Shown: piece by piece, positions 10,055 to 19,713 of the stretch
Numbering within the stretch: position 1 is the stretch's first letter
How the letters are laid out: each line of letters starts with the position of its first letter
Assembly: GCA_011364985.1 (NCBI GenBank)
Contig: RDOC01000005.1
Coordinates: forward strand, 42,052-106,051
Length of the DNA stretch: 64,000 nucleotides
DNA from: Candidatus Thorarchaeota archaeon
GTDB lineage: Archaea > Asgardarchaeota > Thorarchaeia > Thorarchaeales > Thorarchaeaceae
Direction: 5' to 3'
Made by a program: the position numbers and the translations under genes
The notes under the pieces: model-generated
Seen by the model: the letters and a program-made list of their open reading frames with translations, nothing else
Databases searched by the model: none
Told to the model about the DNA's origin: nothing

Positions 10055-10155
10055 TACATATATAAAGGTTTGTAAACCAAACCATTTGTAACTAAAACCA
10101 TTTTAATACGTACTTTTTTTGTCTTACATGGTTCCTACGATAAACCTTTTAAAAT
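10055..10155. promoter_or_regulatory. AT-rich divergent promoter region with TATA box and candidate operator repeats
   Basis: Minus-strand TTTATATA (10066-10059); palindrome GGTTT-GT-AAACC (10067-10078); three AAACC(A/T)TTT direct repeats (~10079, ~10096, ~10142). Confidence 0.55.
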
Positions 10156-10158
10156 GGA

Positions 10159-10941
10159 TTGCGCATAAAATACAAAGAACAAAGAACGAATTGGGATGAT
10201 AGATTGACGAAATATGAAGTGACTGACGCCCTTGAGGGAATTGAACTCACGGAAGAGGGCAAACAGGAAATGCGCGACATCGTGTTCATTCACGATAAAG
10301 AACGTGGGGAAATCATAGACGACCAAGTAAGACATTTCATCATCCAAATCCTGAAGCGCGGAATTGACGATATGCTGACGACTGAAACCAAGGACCCAAG
10401 TACAGGGGGAACTATTAGGATTCAGAGAGAAATAAAGCGATATGCAATGTCGGTTGTGGAGATTGTCAGAATGGCAAAGAGGTATAACGACATTGACAAT
10501 GTGACCAAAAATCAAGTTTATCACCACCTGCCAAAACTCATTGAAGCGGGCTTTGTAGTCAAATATGGAACCGTTGTAACTGGAAAAAGAACAACGGATT
10601 ACTACCGAAGAACGGCAAAGGGCTTTGTTCTTGCTACGAGCCAATCGACTATGAATGAAGCGTTAATGAAGAGGAAAGCAGAAAGTCATGTCGAGAAGTT
10701 CTCAATCTTTGATATTACTCTTTCAGAGGCCCAGAAGAAGGAACTAGTGGGCCTGCTGTTTGAAGCAGCCAAGATAGAGAAGAAAGGCGTATCGGAAATC
10801 GCCAAGCTCGTGAAGGGGGACGTCGCCGATAAGGAGATACTATCGATGTACGAGGATTTGGTTATGCTATATGCCCTTGGTGATGAGAACTGGTTACAAA
10901 TTCATAGAAGGATACGGGAAATTCTCCTTCCAAACAAATAA
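10159..10941 (+). CDS. Winged-helix (ArsR-like) transcriptional regulator
   Basis: NQVYHHLPKLIEAGFV...TTDYYRRTAK helix-wing motif. Confidence 0.8.
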   Translation: MRIKYKEQRTNWDDRLTKYEVTDALEGIELTEEGKQEMRDIVFIHDKERGEIIDDQVRHFIIQILKRGIDDMLTTETKDPSTGGTIRIQREIKRYAMSVVEIVRMAKRYNDIDNVTKNQVYHHLPKLIEAGFVVKYGTVVTGKRTTDYYRRTAKGFVLATSQSTMNEALMKRKAESHVEKFSIFDITLSEAQKKELVGLLFEAAKIEKKGVSEIAKLVKGDVADKEILSMYEDLVMLYALGDENWLQIHRRIREILLPNK

Positions 10942-10973
10942 CCATTAGTCGATATCATCGAAATGGGAAAAAT

Positions 10974-11210
10974 TCAACAGGTCGCACATACATTCGTCTG
11001 AGTCTCACCTACACCCTCAATCGCCTTGAGTTTTTCCACAACGTAGATACTCATGTCATCGTTAGACTTGAATTCTGCCTTGACAATGATGTCAAAAGCG
11101 CCGAATATTATGAATGCTTCTTTCGTTTCGTCAAGTGCGATGATTTTGTCCAGAACATGCCGATTGGACATCCCTTCTATCTTGATCATGATATAAGCTG
11201 TGATTGTCAT
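10974..11210 (-). CDS. Stand-alone Lrp/AsnC ligand-binding (RAM) domain protein
   Basis: AYIMIK...FGAFDIIVKAE...LKAIEGVGETQT; likely start is MTITAY at 11210. Confidence 0.88.
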   Translation of the reverse strand: MTITAYIMIKIEGMSNRHVLDKIIALDETKEAFIIFGAFDIIVKAEFKSNDDMSIYVVEKLKAIEGVGETQTNVCATC

Positions 11211-11313
11211 TGGATTGACCTCGCAGGTGTTTCTTTTGGACGATACGATCTGCACTTATCCTTTACTAATTGGCTGCGCAGTAGTGATGAATCTGTGAGT
11301 GCTATTGAATGTG

Positions 11314-11691
11314 CTAAAGCCGCCTCATTAGTTGAATTGCAGTCTTCGCCAAATCAACAATGGTGAGCTCTGGTACGGAGTCAGGAGTGGCCCAAGCAAT
11401 TGCCCAAGTGTCATCTTCTACAAGAGCCATTAGGAGATGACCTTGGTCCTTGTCCGCAGTTGCTATGTACGATTCGTCATCGGCAGCTACCAATCTGTAG
11501 GTCACACCACCTACCGAAATAGAGGAGGCTCCTGACGATGATGCAGTGGCTAAGGATTCTGTGGCATCGACAAGGTTATTCCAGTTTCTGGTAACCCAAA
11601 TGATCTCACCGTTCTTCATAATCGCGAAAGCCTGAATCTTCGGATTATGGGAATACAGAAGTTTCCACTCATTATCGATAGTCATGTCCAT
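11314..11691 (-). CDS. Profilin-like protein (divergent paralog)
   Basis: AFAIMKNGEIIWVTRNW...SISVGGVTY...GHLLMA...WAIAWA; aligns with the adjacent profilin. Confidence 0.75.
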   Translation of the reverse strand: MDMTIDNEWKLLYSHNPKIQAFAIMKNGEIIWVTRNWNNLVDATESLATASSSGASSISVGGVTYRLVAADDESYIATADKDQGHLLMALVEDDTWAIAWATPDSVPELTIVDLAKTAIQLMRRL

Positions 11692-11796
11692 TTTGATTTC
11701 ACCAGAATGCAGCTATATTCTTGGACACCTAGAACTCACAAGATGGGTCGGACGGATTGCATTGGCCAGATAGACAGCCCATCTCAGACTGCCTTC

Positions 11797-12177
11797 TTAG
11801 ATTTTGCCTTTCAGTGATTTTGCAGCACGATCAACATCGACATAGATTCCGTCTGGAGCAGCTTCTGCCGCAGCCCAAGCAACAACGAACTTGTCGCCCT
11901 CGATTTTGGCTAAAACCAAAATGCCGCTTCCTTGAACATTTCTGGCTACGAGACTATCGGGAGTTGTCCGAATTGTGCTGTATTTCACCTGATTCTGCAT
12001 GACACTTGCAGCACCACTGCCAACTGCCTTGCCAAGCTGAGCTGCATCGGCTGTGAGGTCCCAGTTGTTTGACTGCCAAAGGACCTGGCCGGAGGTAGTG
12101 ATTACTCCAAAGGCTTGAACCATGTTTCCGCTGTCATTGTAGGCTTGTGTGTATGCATCCATAACTGGATCTGACAA
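11797..12177 (-). CDS. Asgard profilin
   Basis: AFGVITTSGQVLWQSNNWD...QVKYSTIR...LVARNVQGSGILV fits the Asgard profilin pattern (G.I..Q..NW, KY, N..G.G); 126 aa. Confidence 0.85.
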   Translation of the reverse strand: MSDPVMDAYTQAYNDSGNMVQAFGVITTSGQVLWQSNNWDLTADAAQLGKAVGSGAASVMQNQVKYSTIRTTPDSLVARNVQGSGILVLAKIEGDKFVVAWAAAEAAPDGIYVDVDRAAKSLKGKI

Positions 12178-12351
12178 TATTATTCACCCCATGTTATACA
12201 CGGTTTCTGGAAAGAAAGAAACAGTGTTACCATAAAAAGGAATTCTTGATAGCCTTCTAAAAGTATCTTAGTCGGCAGTTGCCTAACATATTTTGAGAAA
12301 TCTCATCATACTGGGGTCACACTCATATGTTCCGAACACATATTGGGAATC

Positions 12352-12654
12352 ATGAGCCACGGACCGATCTGGGAGAACAACGATGGGGTCATCATAAAGA
12401 TACTGGTTAGGCCGCGCTCGAAAGAGCGAGCTGTCATTTCTGAGCTCACTGACGAGTATTTGGCCATCAATATCAGAGCTCCAGCAAGAGAAGGAAAGGC
12501 AAATATCGAACTCCTGAAACAATTGGCGAAACTCCTTCACGTGTCAACAGCCAACATAGAGATAATATCAGGTCATAAATCCCGAGAGAAGACCATCAAA
12601 GTAATCGGGATTCAGAAAGAACAAGTTGTCAAGCTGGTCACAAACGATAAATAA
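12352..12654 (+). CDS. DUF167 / YggU family protein
   Basis: VRPRSK...APAREGKANIELLKQLAK...IISGHKSREK. Confidence 0.92.
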   Translation: MSHGPIWENNDGVIIKILVRPRSKERAVISELTDEYLAINIRAPAREGKANIELLKQLAKLLHVSTANIEIISGHKSREKTIKVIGIQKEQVVKLVTNDK

Positions 12655-12751
12655 TCGCAAGCCTGAGATTTCCTTCACAGGAGTTCCCCTGTATTGCATC
12701 GTATCTGCTTCATGCAACAGATGTATGCTCGCTTAGCTAGGAGGATAACTA

Positions 12752-14974
12752 GTGGACCAGACCCCAAGAACAACGAAAGCACTTCTCTTGGGCATCTTTG
12801 GAGCTGGCGCCTTCTATGCTGCACTTGTAGCTTTTCAGGGGAAATGGGACGATCCAAGTGTACTTATTGCAATTCTTGTTGAGTGTGGATTGCTCTATGG
12901 ATCATTGTATAGAAAAGCACCCGAAATCCCTGAAATTCTCACATTCTTATTGGCAGCCCTGCTCCTGCCAATCTTCTCAGCTCTTCTCGGAATCCTCACT
13001 GAGATCACGATAATGGCGTCAGCTGGACTGATCATCTATCCTGCTGTTATGAGCAGGCCAAGATTCCCCTTAACCAAGAGAGCGGTGACTTCTGGAATTA
13101 TCATTGGTGTAATCATGACTTTCTTGGGGATCTATCTCGCGCTAAAAATCGGTGTGGTCTATTTCATCGGAGCTGAGCTACTTGGTGCCTTGCTTCTTGG
13201 TGCATATGGCAGATATACTCCAGAGGAGAATACAATTGTTGTTTCCATAGCAAACAGCTCAGCATACATCTCTGTGGGCGTCCTAGTCGCCTTTCCTGCA
13301 ATTGCAATCTTCACTCCACCCAGTTACGCAGACGCAGTAATCACATATCCCTTCATAGTCATCGTCACAGGCCTTAGCGCACTCTTTGGGTTGATTCTCT
13401 TGTTTCCATTCAGAGAGCAATTTGAAAAAGATCCATGGCCCCAAGTTGTTCCTCAAGCTAACTGCATTGTATCCCTCGCTGCAGATCCCAACTCAAAGGA
13501 GAATGTAGTTGGAGGAATGGTGACAAGTGCGTCTTGGATGGGGACCACACGGTTCTTAGAGAGCATCACAGCCTCAAATCTGTCTTCACTCCCCCAAGCA
13601 TTGGCACCTATTATCCCTGCAGCAGGAAATGTGCCAAATTGGATTGGAGTGACGAATTCCCCATTGCTTGCAGGAGTCGGATACTTCGTTGGATGGAAAA
13701 GGACACTCACGATAGCCCTCGGCACTCTAGTGACGGTGCTAATCTGGGTGCTTGTAGAAGGTGCAACACCAATCGAGTACGGGGAACACCTGCATCGTCC
13801 CGAGATAATCTACTTGGTTCTAGGAGTCTTCGTGGCAGTCATTCTCAATGATATAGTTTCTAGTAGGGCAAAGGACCTGACACCCGAGGAATTTGAGAAG
13901 CAGGCAAGAAACCACAAGAATACTCTGAATGGGAAGAGCCAAGAGATGCATCTAATCGATAAGCCGCATAAGGCAGAAGAGATTCAGGAGCTACTCCGAG
14001 TAAGAACGGAACTCTTCAGCATAGAAGCTCTGATGGAAGAGATCCGATGGATGGTAAAAGATCCTAGAGGTTACATGAGAAGCAAGAGAGGGAGATTGCC
14101 ACCTTGGGTCGCTTTCACGTCACTAGCTCTCTTCGTAGTTGTGGGCATAGTTGTCTTCTCAGCTCTCAGACCTTTTCTGAACATCAGTATTCCGTGGCTA
14201 TTATTCTTGATTGGAGCACCATTAGCAATGGTCTCGGCCTATTTCACCGCCAGAGCTATCAGCGAAACGGGTATGCTCGCCGGGTATATCTCAGATATCA
14301 TTGCCATCCCTGCCATTCTGTTGTTCCGAACGACATTCCAATCGATAACGACATTCATGGCGATGCTTGGGGGTCTTCAAGATGCTGCAATAGCCCTGTT
14401 AGTGCATCTAAAGCTGGGCAGAATCACTGGAGTGAAGGCGAGAAGCATTGTGAAGGCAGTTGCAATTGGAATGGCGCTAGGAACGTCGATTGGCTCCATG
14501 ATAACCTATCTCTTGTACCGAACTTATGGTTTCGGCGGAGCTGAATTCCCTGCCCCTGTTTCACAGCTGTTCGGTTTTCTGGTCACTAGTATCACACATA
14601 TTGGCAATTTCCAACTACCAGGAGCGGACCAGCTGCCCGGTATGCCCATCTACCTCGCATTTGCATATCTCATGACTTTCGCTATAATTGGATATATTGC
14701 TGGAAGAGAACTCAATCGAAGAGGGTTTAGCGCAATTAGCTTGGCTGTGGGCTTGCTGATACCGCCAACTACATCAGTCACATTGCTAATTGGTGGAGCC
14801 TTGCACTACTGGGTCGACAGAAAGAAGAGGGCAGAGGCTCTTAACTCCGAAGCGATTGCAGCTTGCGAGAAGTCTGTGGAGAAGACGAGCCAAGTCCTGA
14901 GTGGAGTTGTAGCTGGAGAGGCTATTGTCACCGTGTTTGTTGTTGTATTGGCTGCCTTCGCAATGATTATCTAG
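12752..14974 (+). CDS. OPT-family oligopeptide transporter-like membrane protein
   Basis: LTKRAVTSGIIIG...YLALKIG, ENTIVVSIA, PAPVSQLF, SGVVAGEAI motifs; many TMs. Confidence 0.8.
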   Translation: MDQTPRTTKALLLGIFGAGAFYAALVAFQGKWDDPSVLIAILVECGLLYGSLYRKAPEIPEILTFLLAALLLPIFSALLGILTEITIMASAGLIIYPAVMSRPRFPLTKRAVTSGIIIGVIMTFLGIYLALKIGVVYFIGAELLGALLLGAYGRYTPEENTIVVSIANSSAYISVGVLVAFPAIAIFTPPSYADAVITYPFIVIVTGLSALFGLILLFPFREQFEKDPWPQVVPQANCIVSLAADPNSKENVVGGMVTSASWMGTTRFLESITASNLSSLPQALAPIIPAAGNVPNWIGVTNSPLLAGVGYFVGWKRTLTIALGTLVTVLIWVLVEGATPIEYGEHLHRPEIIYLVLGVFVAVILNDIVSSRAKDLTPEEFEKQARNHKNTLNGKSQEMHLIDKPHKAEEIQELLRVRTELFSIEALMEEIRWMVKDPRGYMRSKRGRLPPWVAFTSLALFVVVGIVVFSALRPFLNISIPWLLFLIGAPLAMVSAYFTARAISETGMLAGYISDIIAIPAILLFRTTFQSITTFMAMLGGLQDAAIALLVHLKLGRITGVKARSIVKAVAIGMALGTSIGSMITYLLYRTYGFGGAEFPAPVSQLFGFLVTSITHIGNFQLPGADQLPGMPIYLAFAYLMTFAIIGYIAGRELNRRGFSAISLAVGLLIPPTTSVTLLIGGALHYWVDRKKRAEALNSEAIAACEKSVEKTSQVLSGVVAGEAIVTVFVVVLAAFAMII

Positions 14975-15939
14975 GCTCCCTGGTCAAGATACTCAGCAAG
15001 GCTCTGAAGAAATCGGGGAAAGTCATTCTTGCTCATCGATGCTCCCGCTGCGGCAGGATGACCACCACCCTGACCTCCGTCGATGGAAGGAAGTATTGCG
15101 TTCATGGCCTTGTTAAGATCGATGTTGCATTGACGCCTGCGGATACTGCAGTCCATATCGTCCCCTGAAGACCGTGCGCTGATACCAATCATCGAGTTTG
15201 TCAAATAGGCTGCGAACTTTGCGCTTTTCCCACGATAGCCATTGACAGGCATATCGAGGACGTAGCCAATTAGGTTCATTTTCCTAGCATTCTTCTGGAC
15301 ATATCGGAACACCTCATGCTCAATTCGGGTTGCCTTCAGTGCCAAATCCACTATATCATTCATTGAGCTTGGCTCAATTCCCATTGTCAACTGGCGAACT
15401 AGGTCCTTCGACTCTCTTCGATAATCAATCTCCTGAAGGGCCTGAACAAGAATCCCAGCTTCAAGGTACAGAGTCCTTTTGTCATAATCGTCGAAGTGCT
15501 TCTTGCAGAAGGGAGTATCATCGCAGTAGTCACCTATGGCGCCATAAAGGGCTAAACGGAGAGCATGCTCTGGGAGCTCTTCGGCAAACTTTCTGAATAC
15601 AAGCTCAGCTGCGCAGGGTCCGACTTCATGGAATAGGTCAACTCGATCGGACAGTTTCTTCTTTTGTCTTGCTGTCAAGGGATGATGGTCAGTCCAGTGG
15701 ATTCTTGTTGAATCAGAGAATTTATCAAGAGCCCTTAGAATATCATCGAATCGCTTGCTATTTATTGCTATGTCACTGATATGAACCACATCGGATTGGT
15801 CCTTTGCCACACGGTACAGGTCTTGATGAATCTGAGAAGGTTTTGTGAAGTAAAGATCAGCTCTAGGAAATGCGAGAAGTGCGATGGCACCTGAAGTTAT
15901 TCCATCAAGGTCTCCATGAGTTAGTACTACATTCACCAT
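14971..15939 (-). CDS. DHH/DHHA1 family phosphoesterase
   Basis: THGDLDG, SDI, WTDHH, GGGHPAAAGA. Confidence 0.92.
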   Translation of the reverse strand: MVNVVLTHGDLDGITSGAIALLAFPRADLYFTKPSQIHQDLYRVAKDQSDVVHISDIAINSKRFDDILRALDKFSDSTRIHWTDHHPLTARQKKKLSDRVDLFHEVGPCAAELVFRKFAEELPEHALRLALYGAIGDYCDDTPFCKKHFDDYDKRTLYLEAGILVQALQEIDYRRESKDLVRQLTMGIEPSSMNDIVDLALKATRIEHEVFRYVQKNARKMNLIGYVLDMPVNGYRGKSAKFAAYLTNSMIGISARSSGDDMDCSIRRRQCNIDLNKAMNAILPSIDGGQGGGHPAAAGASMSKNDFPRFLQSLAEYLDQGA

Positions 15940-15964
15940 TTCAAAACCATCCTAGTATGCGACT

Positions 15965-17356
15965 TTATCGGTAGGTTTCTTCAAGAGCTTTATCCCATTC
16001 ATCCTTTTCTTCGCCATGTTCTCGCCGTTTTTGAGCCTCCTTGCGAGCCTTCTCACGTGCCCTGCGCTTCTCTTTGGCTTCCTTCTTGAGTTGTTCAATT
16101 CTTCTTTTATGTCGCTTTTGCTCCTCTTCTTCTTCTTTGGAGAGTTTGGGTTCTTCCACGACTTCTCGCTTAGAGAACCAAGTAATCACCATAGCTGCAA
16201 AGGGGAATAATAGAGCAATAGGAACGAGAAGGAGAAGCGTCATCTCGGGTTGAAGAATCTCAACACTATTCTGGATTCCAATTGGCAGATTCAGTATAGT
16301 TGTAAGGACTGATGGACTGATGAGCAGGAATGATACAGCGACCACACTTAGAAATCTAATTGCAGACCCCATTATCGTTGAACCAATGATGTATCCAGAA
16401 GAGGGAGAAGCAGCCTTTGCAGTTAGCTCATCCCTTGCCCTCGAATCTGAGGTAAGAATGTCATCAACGTAGTTCTGTAATCTCCGAACGTCTGATATGG
16501 CATCTAAGTTTTCAAGCGCATCTTTACTTCCAACAACTTTCCGTTCAATAGCTTCTCGGAGGAAGGAGAAAGCTGTGGCTCCTGAAGACCTGCTCATGGC
16601 TGTCAAACTCACTTTGTCACCGCGCTCAATAGCATCAACCTTGCGCGTGGCTTGTCTGAGCGCCAGTAGCTGCTTTCGCAAGGTTTCTTCTCGCTCTTCG
16701 ACTGGCTTGCCCACCGAGTGGCTGTAAATCATCTGGTAGCTGGTTTCAAGATAGGCAAAGGAAATCAATGCAAGTATCTGCACTGGATGGAAGAGAAACA
16801 CCAGGAAGTCAGCAGGGAATACTTCAAAATTGGGGATGAGATGTCCACGGAAAGCTGCCAAGATCAAAATGAGCTGCATCGACACGAATGCACCACTAGC
16901 GTACTTGTGTTCCATTCTGAACAGGCTTTGAAGAAACAGGGCAATACTGACTCCTGCACATAAGAAATAGAGAAAGAGGAAAGCGTTGTCCCATAGACTA
17001 AGAAGAATTCTTTCGAGATCGCCTTGAAATTGAGCCATCACCTGGTTGATGTTTGTAAGTGGACCTCTCACACCATAGGGCTGCATATACCACATTCTGA
17101 GAACAAGCGTATTGTACAAACCAGTGACCAGGGTCCCAGGGTTTGCTCCTGTGAATACAATAACAAGGGCGGATAGGAGAACTATTGAAGCAAAGAAGAA
17201 TATCAATGAAAGAAGGCGGAATACTGTGACCACAAACTCGTATGGAGCAGCCCAATGCCAGACGTCATTTACGTCCATTGCACTGTAAACGAGGAATGCC
17301 ATTGCGGCAAAGGTGACAATGGAGGCGAATCTGAGAATCCAAGTCACGATCCTCAA
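15965..17356 (-). CDS. Multi-pass membrane protein with charged coiled-coil C-tail (MoxR operon member)
   Basis: About 8 TMs and an E/K/R-rich tail; overlaps the DUF58 stop by 4 nt. Confidence 0.8.
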   Translation of the reverse strand: MRIVTWILRFASIVTFAAMAFLVYSAMDVNDVWHWAAPYEFVVTVFRLLSLIFFFASIVLLSALVIVFTGANPGTLVTGLYNTLVLRMWYMQPYGVRGPLTNINQVMAQFQGDLERILLSLWDNAFLFLYFLCAGVSIALFLQSLFRMEHKYASGAFVSMQLILILAAFRGHLIPNFEVFPADFLVFLFHPVQILALISFAYLETSYQMIYSHSVGKPVEEREETLRKQLLALRQATRKVDAIERGDKVSLTAMSRSSGATAFSFLREAIERKVVGSKDALENLDAISDVRRLQNYVDDILTSDSRARDELTAKAASPSSGYIIGSTIMGSAIRFLSVVAVSFLLISPSVLTTILNLPIGIQNSVEILQPEMTLLLLVPIALLFPFAAMVITWFSKREVVEEPKLSKEEEEEQKRHKRRIEQLKKEAKEKRRAREKARKEAQKRREHGEEKDEWDKALEETYR

Positions 17357-18675
17357 AACATTGCCACTCCCCTTTGTTTTGCTTCCTCGTAGGTCTTTAT
17401 GATTGTTGGAAGAAAGTCCTCAGGCCCAACATTGACAACAGAGATGTTGAATTTGGCCAAAGCCCGCGAGATCTTCCTTCTTCTCTCCCATAGCTCTTCA
17501 GATACTGCTTCCGAAAGCACTTTTTCTACAGGACCAAATTGTCCGACAGGTGCCTCAAACCATGGGCCAAACGGACTAATGACTTGCGCACGGTGTCCAT
17601 TTGCCACAATCGTTTTCATGGCGTTTAGCAATGGAGCAGGACTTTCCTCCATATCTGTGAAGAATATGAAGAGAGATCGCTTTCGAGTCTGTTCCACCAC
17701 GTAGGAAACCGCTGACTCATAGTCGCCCCATCCCGAAGGACTGGCCATTGCCAACGACTCCAGAACGTTATACATGTGATTAGGAGATGTAGCTGGGGGC
17801 ACATAGGAGTGAACAATCTCGCTGAAGACACAAGTTCCAACCAGATCCTTCCTCTCAAGTCCAAGATGTGTCAGGAGCACAGCCGCTCGGATGGCATATT
17901 CCAGCTTTGTGTTCTCAGGATATCCATTACCCATACTCCCGCTTGTATCAACCATGCAGACGACTTGAATGTTCTTCTCCTGTTCGAATTGTCTTACAAC
18001 AAGGTCCCCACGTTTTGCACTTGTCTTCCAGTCTATCAGCCTGAACGGGTCACCAGGCACATACTCACGAAATCCTGCAAAATCCGTACCCATTCCAACA
18101 ATCTTGGTACGATGCGCACCAAACATCAGTCCAAGTTGTCGCTGCTTTCCAAGGGCCTCCATTCGACGTACATCTTTCCAAGTCGGATATACCAGAATTT
18201 CCGTTTCAGCTTCCAGAGTTCGCTTATAATAGTGTAGCCCTAGTCGATCACGCATGACCACGTCTGTAGGTCCAAGATTGTACCGCCCGCGCATTCGTGC
18301 CTGTAAAATATAAGAAAAAGTGATGCTGCTTCCGGGCTCGATCCGACTAGCAATGAAATTCTCTCCGATTGCCAGTATCCAAGTTTCAGGATACTGGTCC
18401 CAGATCTCGATGAAATCGAAGTGCCTTCGTGACGTGTTATGAACAGTAACACGCACACGTACGAAATCTCCGGAGAAGACCTTGACTTTGTCAATCTCTC
18501 TGTCAATCTGTATTCCTGCGATATTAGCTGTGAGTGCGAAAAGAGGCAGTGTTACAACTAGGCCTATGATTAGATAAACGCCAAGGGTTGTGAGGTAGAA
18601 ATTCGCCCACACAAAGCCACTTGTTACTAGAAGTACTCCGGAGAATACTACCGCAAAGCCTCTTTGAGTAATCAC
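17353..18675 (-). CDS. DUF58 (vWA-like) domain protein
   Basis: DFAGFREYVPGDPFRLIDWKTSAK; MIDAS-like DTSGSM. Confidence 0.93.
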   Translation of the reverse strand: MITQRGFAVVFSGVLLVTSGFVWANFYLTTLGVYLIIGLVVTLPLFALTANIAGIQIDREIDKVKVFSGDFVRVRVTVHNTSRRHFDFIEIWDQYPETWILAIGENFIASRIEPGSSITFSYILQARMRGRYNLGPTDVVMRDRLGLHYYKRTLEAETEILVYPTWKDVRRMEALGKQRQLGLMFGAHRTKIVGMGTDFAGFREYVPGDPFRLIDWKTSAKRGDLVVRQFEQEKNIQVVCMVDTSGSMGNGYPENTKLEYAIRAAVLLTHLGLERKDLVGTCVFSEIVHSYVPPATSPNHMYNVLESLAMASPSGWGDYESAVSYVVEQTRKRSLFIFFTDMEESPAPLLNAMKTIVANGHRAQVISPFGPWFEAPVGQFGPVEKVLSEAVSEELWERRRKISRALAKFNISVVNVGPEDFLPTIIKTYEEAKQRGVAMF

Positions 18676-18713
18676 ATCACATCTTCTCCGTGATAATCAC
18701 AGGTCAGGAGCAT

Positions 18714-19700
18714 TTATCGTGGAATATCCACTTCGCCCAGAATTCGGGACACAACACGCTCAACAGTCAATCCTTCCAGCTCTGCCTCTGGCTTCAGAAT
18801 CAGCCTGTGATTGAGAGTTTGAACGGTCAGTCTCCGGACATCCTCAGGAATGACATAGTCACGACCATGCATTGCCGCCCTTGTCTTTGATGCATTCATT
18901 AGCACTAGTGAAGCTCTTGGCGATCCGCCCAAGAGTACCTGGGGGTCGTTTCGTGTTCTGATGATTATATCACGAATGTAGTTTATGATATCCTCCTCAA
19001 GGAACACTGTTCGGCAGGCATTCTGCATTCTCACAATTGTTGCCGGGTCAGCCAGTACACGCAGGTCCATGACTTCGCCAACATGTTTCCTACGAATGAC
19101 CTCAGCCTCTTCATTGGTTGTTGGGTAATCAAGAATCAACCTAAACATGAATCGGTCAAGTTGCGCCTCAGGAAGCGGATAGGTACCTTCCTGTTCCACA
19201 GGATTTTGCGTGGCGATTATCAGGAATGGCTTGGGCAGTTTCCGGGTTACTCCTTCAATGGACACTTGGCGTTCTTCCATGACCTCAAGAAGTGCGCTTT
19301 GCGATTTCGGAGGACATCGGTTAATTTCGTCGGCCAAGACCAAGTTTGAGAAGACTGGTCCTTTTCTGAACCAGAATTCCCCTGTCCGTTGGTTGAAGAC
19401 ATTGCTTCCGAGCAAATCTGCAGGAAGTGTGTCAACAGTAAGCTGAATGCGTTTGAATGCGCAACCAAGAATGGATGCAAAGGTCCGTGCCATATAGGTC
19501 TTTGCCAGTCCTGGAACGCCTTCCAAAACAACATGACCATCAGACAGGAAAGCAATCAGCACATCACGCATTATCTCCGTTTGCCCTACAACACGACGAG
19601 CACACTCATGAAGTATCTCCTGGCTGGAGGCCTTTACCTCATCAATGGTCATCGTCGGTAGACCGGCAACTTCAGTTTCTGTCTGTTCTTCTGTTGTCAA
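18714..19700 (-). CDS. moxR: MoxR-family AAA+ ATPase
   Basis: LEGVPGLAKT, LADEINR.PPKSQSALLE, ATQNPVEQEGTYPLPEAQLDRF. Confidence 0.96.
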   Translation of the reverse strand: MTTEEQTETEVAGLPTMTIDEVKASSQEILHECARRVVGQTEIMRDVLIAFLSDGHVVLEGVPGLAKTYMARTFASILGCAFKRIQLTVDTLPADLLGSNVFNQRTGEFWFRKGPVFSNLVLADEINRCPPKSQSALLEVMEERQVSIEGVTRKLPKPFLIIATQNPVEQEGTYPLPEAQLDRFMFRLILDYPTTNEEAEVIRRKHVGEVMDLRVLADPATIVRMQNACRTVFLEEDIINYIRDIIIRTRNDPQVLLGGSPRASLVLMNASKTRAAMHGRDYVIPEDVRRLTVQTLNHRLILKPEAELEGLTVERVVSRILGEVDIPR

Positions 19701-19713
19701 TTTTATTTCTACC

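Noticed and set aside
9706-10065. 119-aa plus-strand ORF in the track
   Set aside because: No recognisable motif or SD; it is antisense to the SD-equipped micro-ORF chain and its TATA box.
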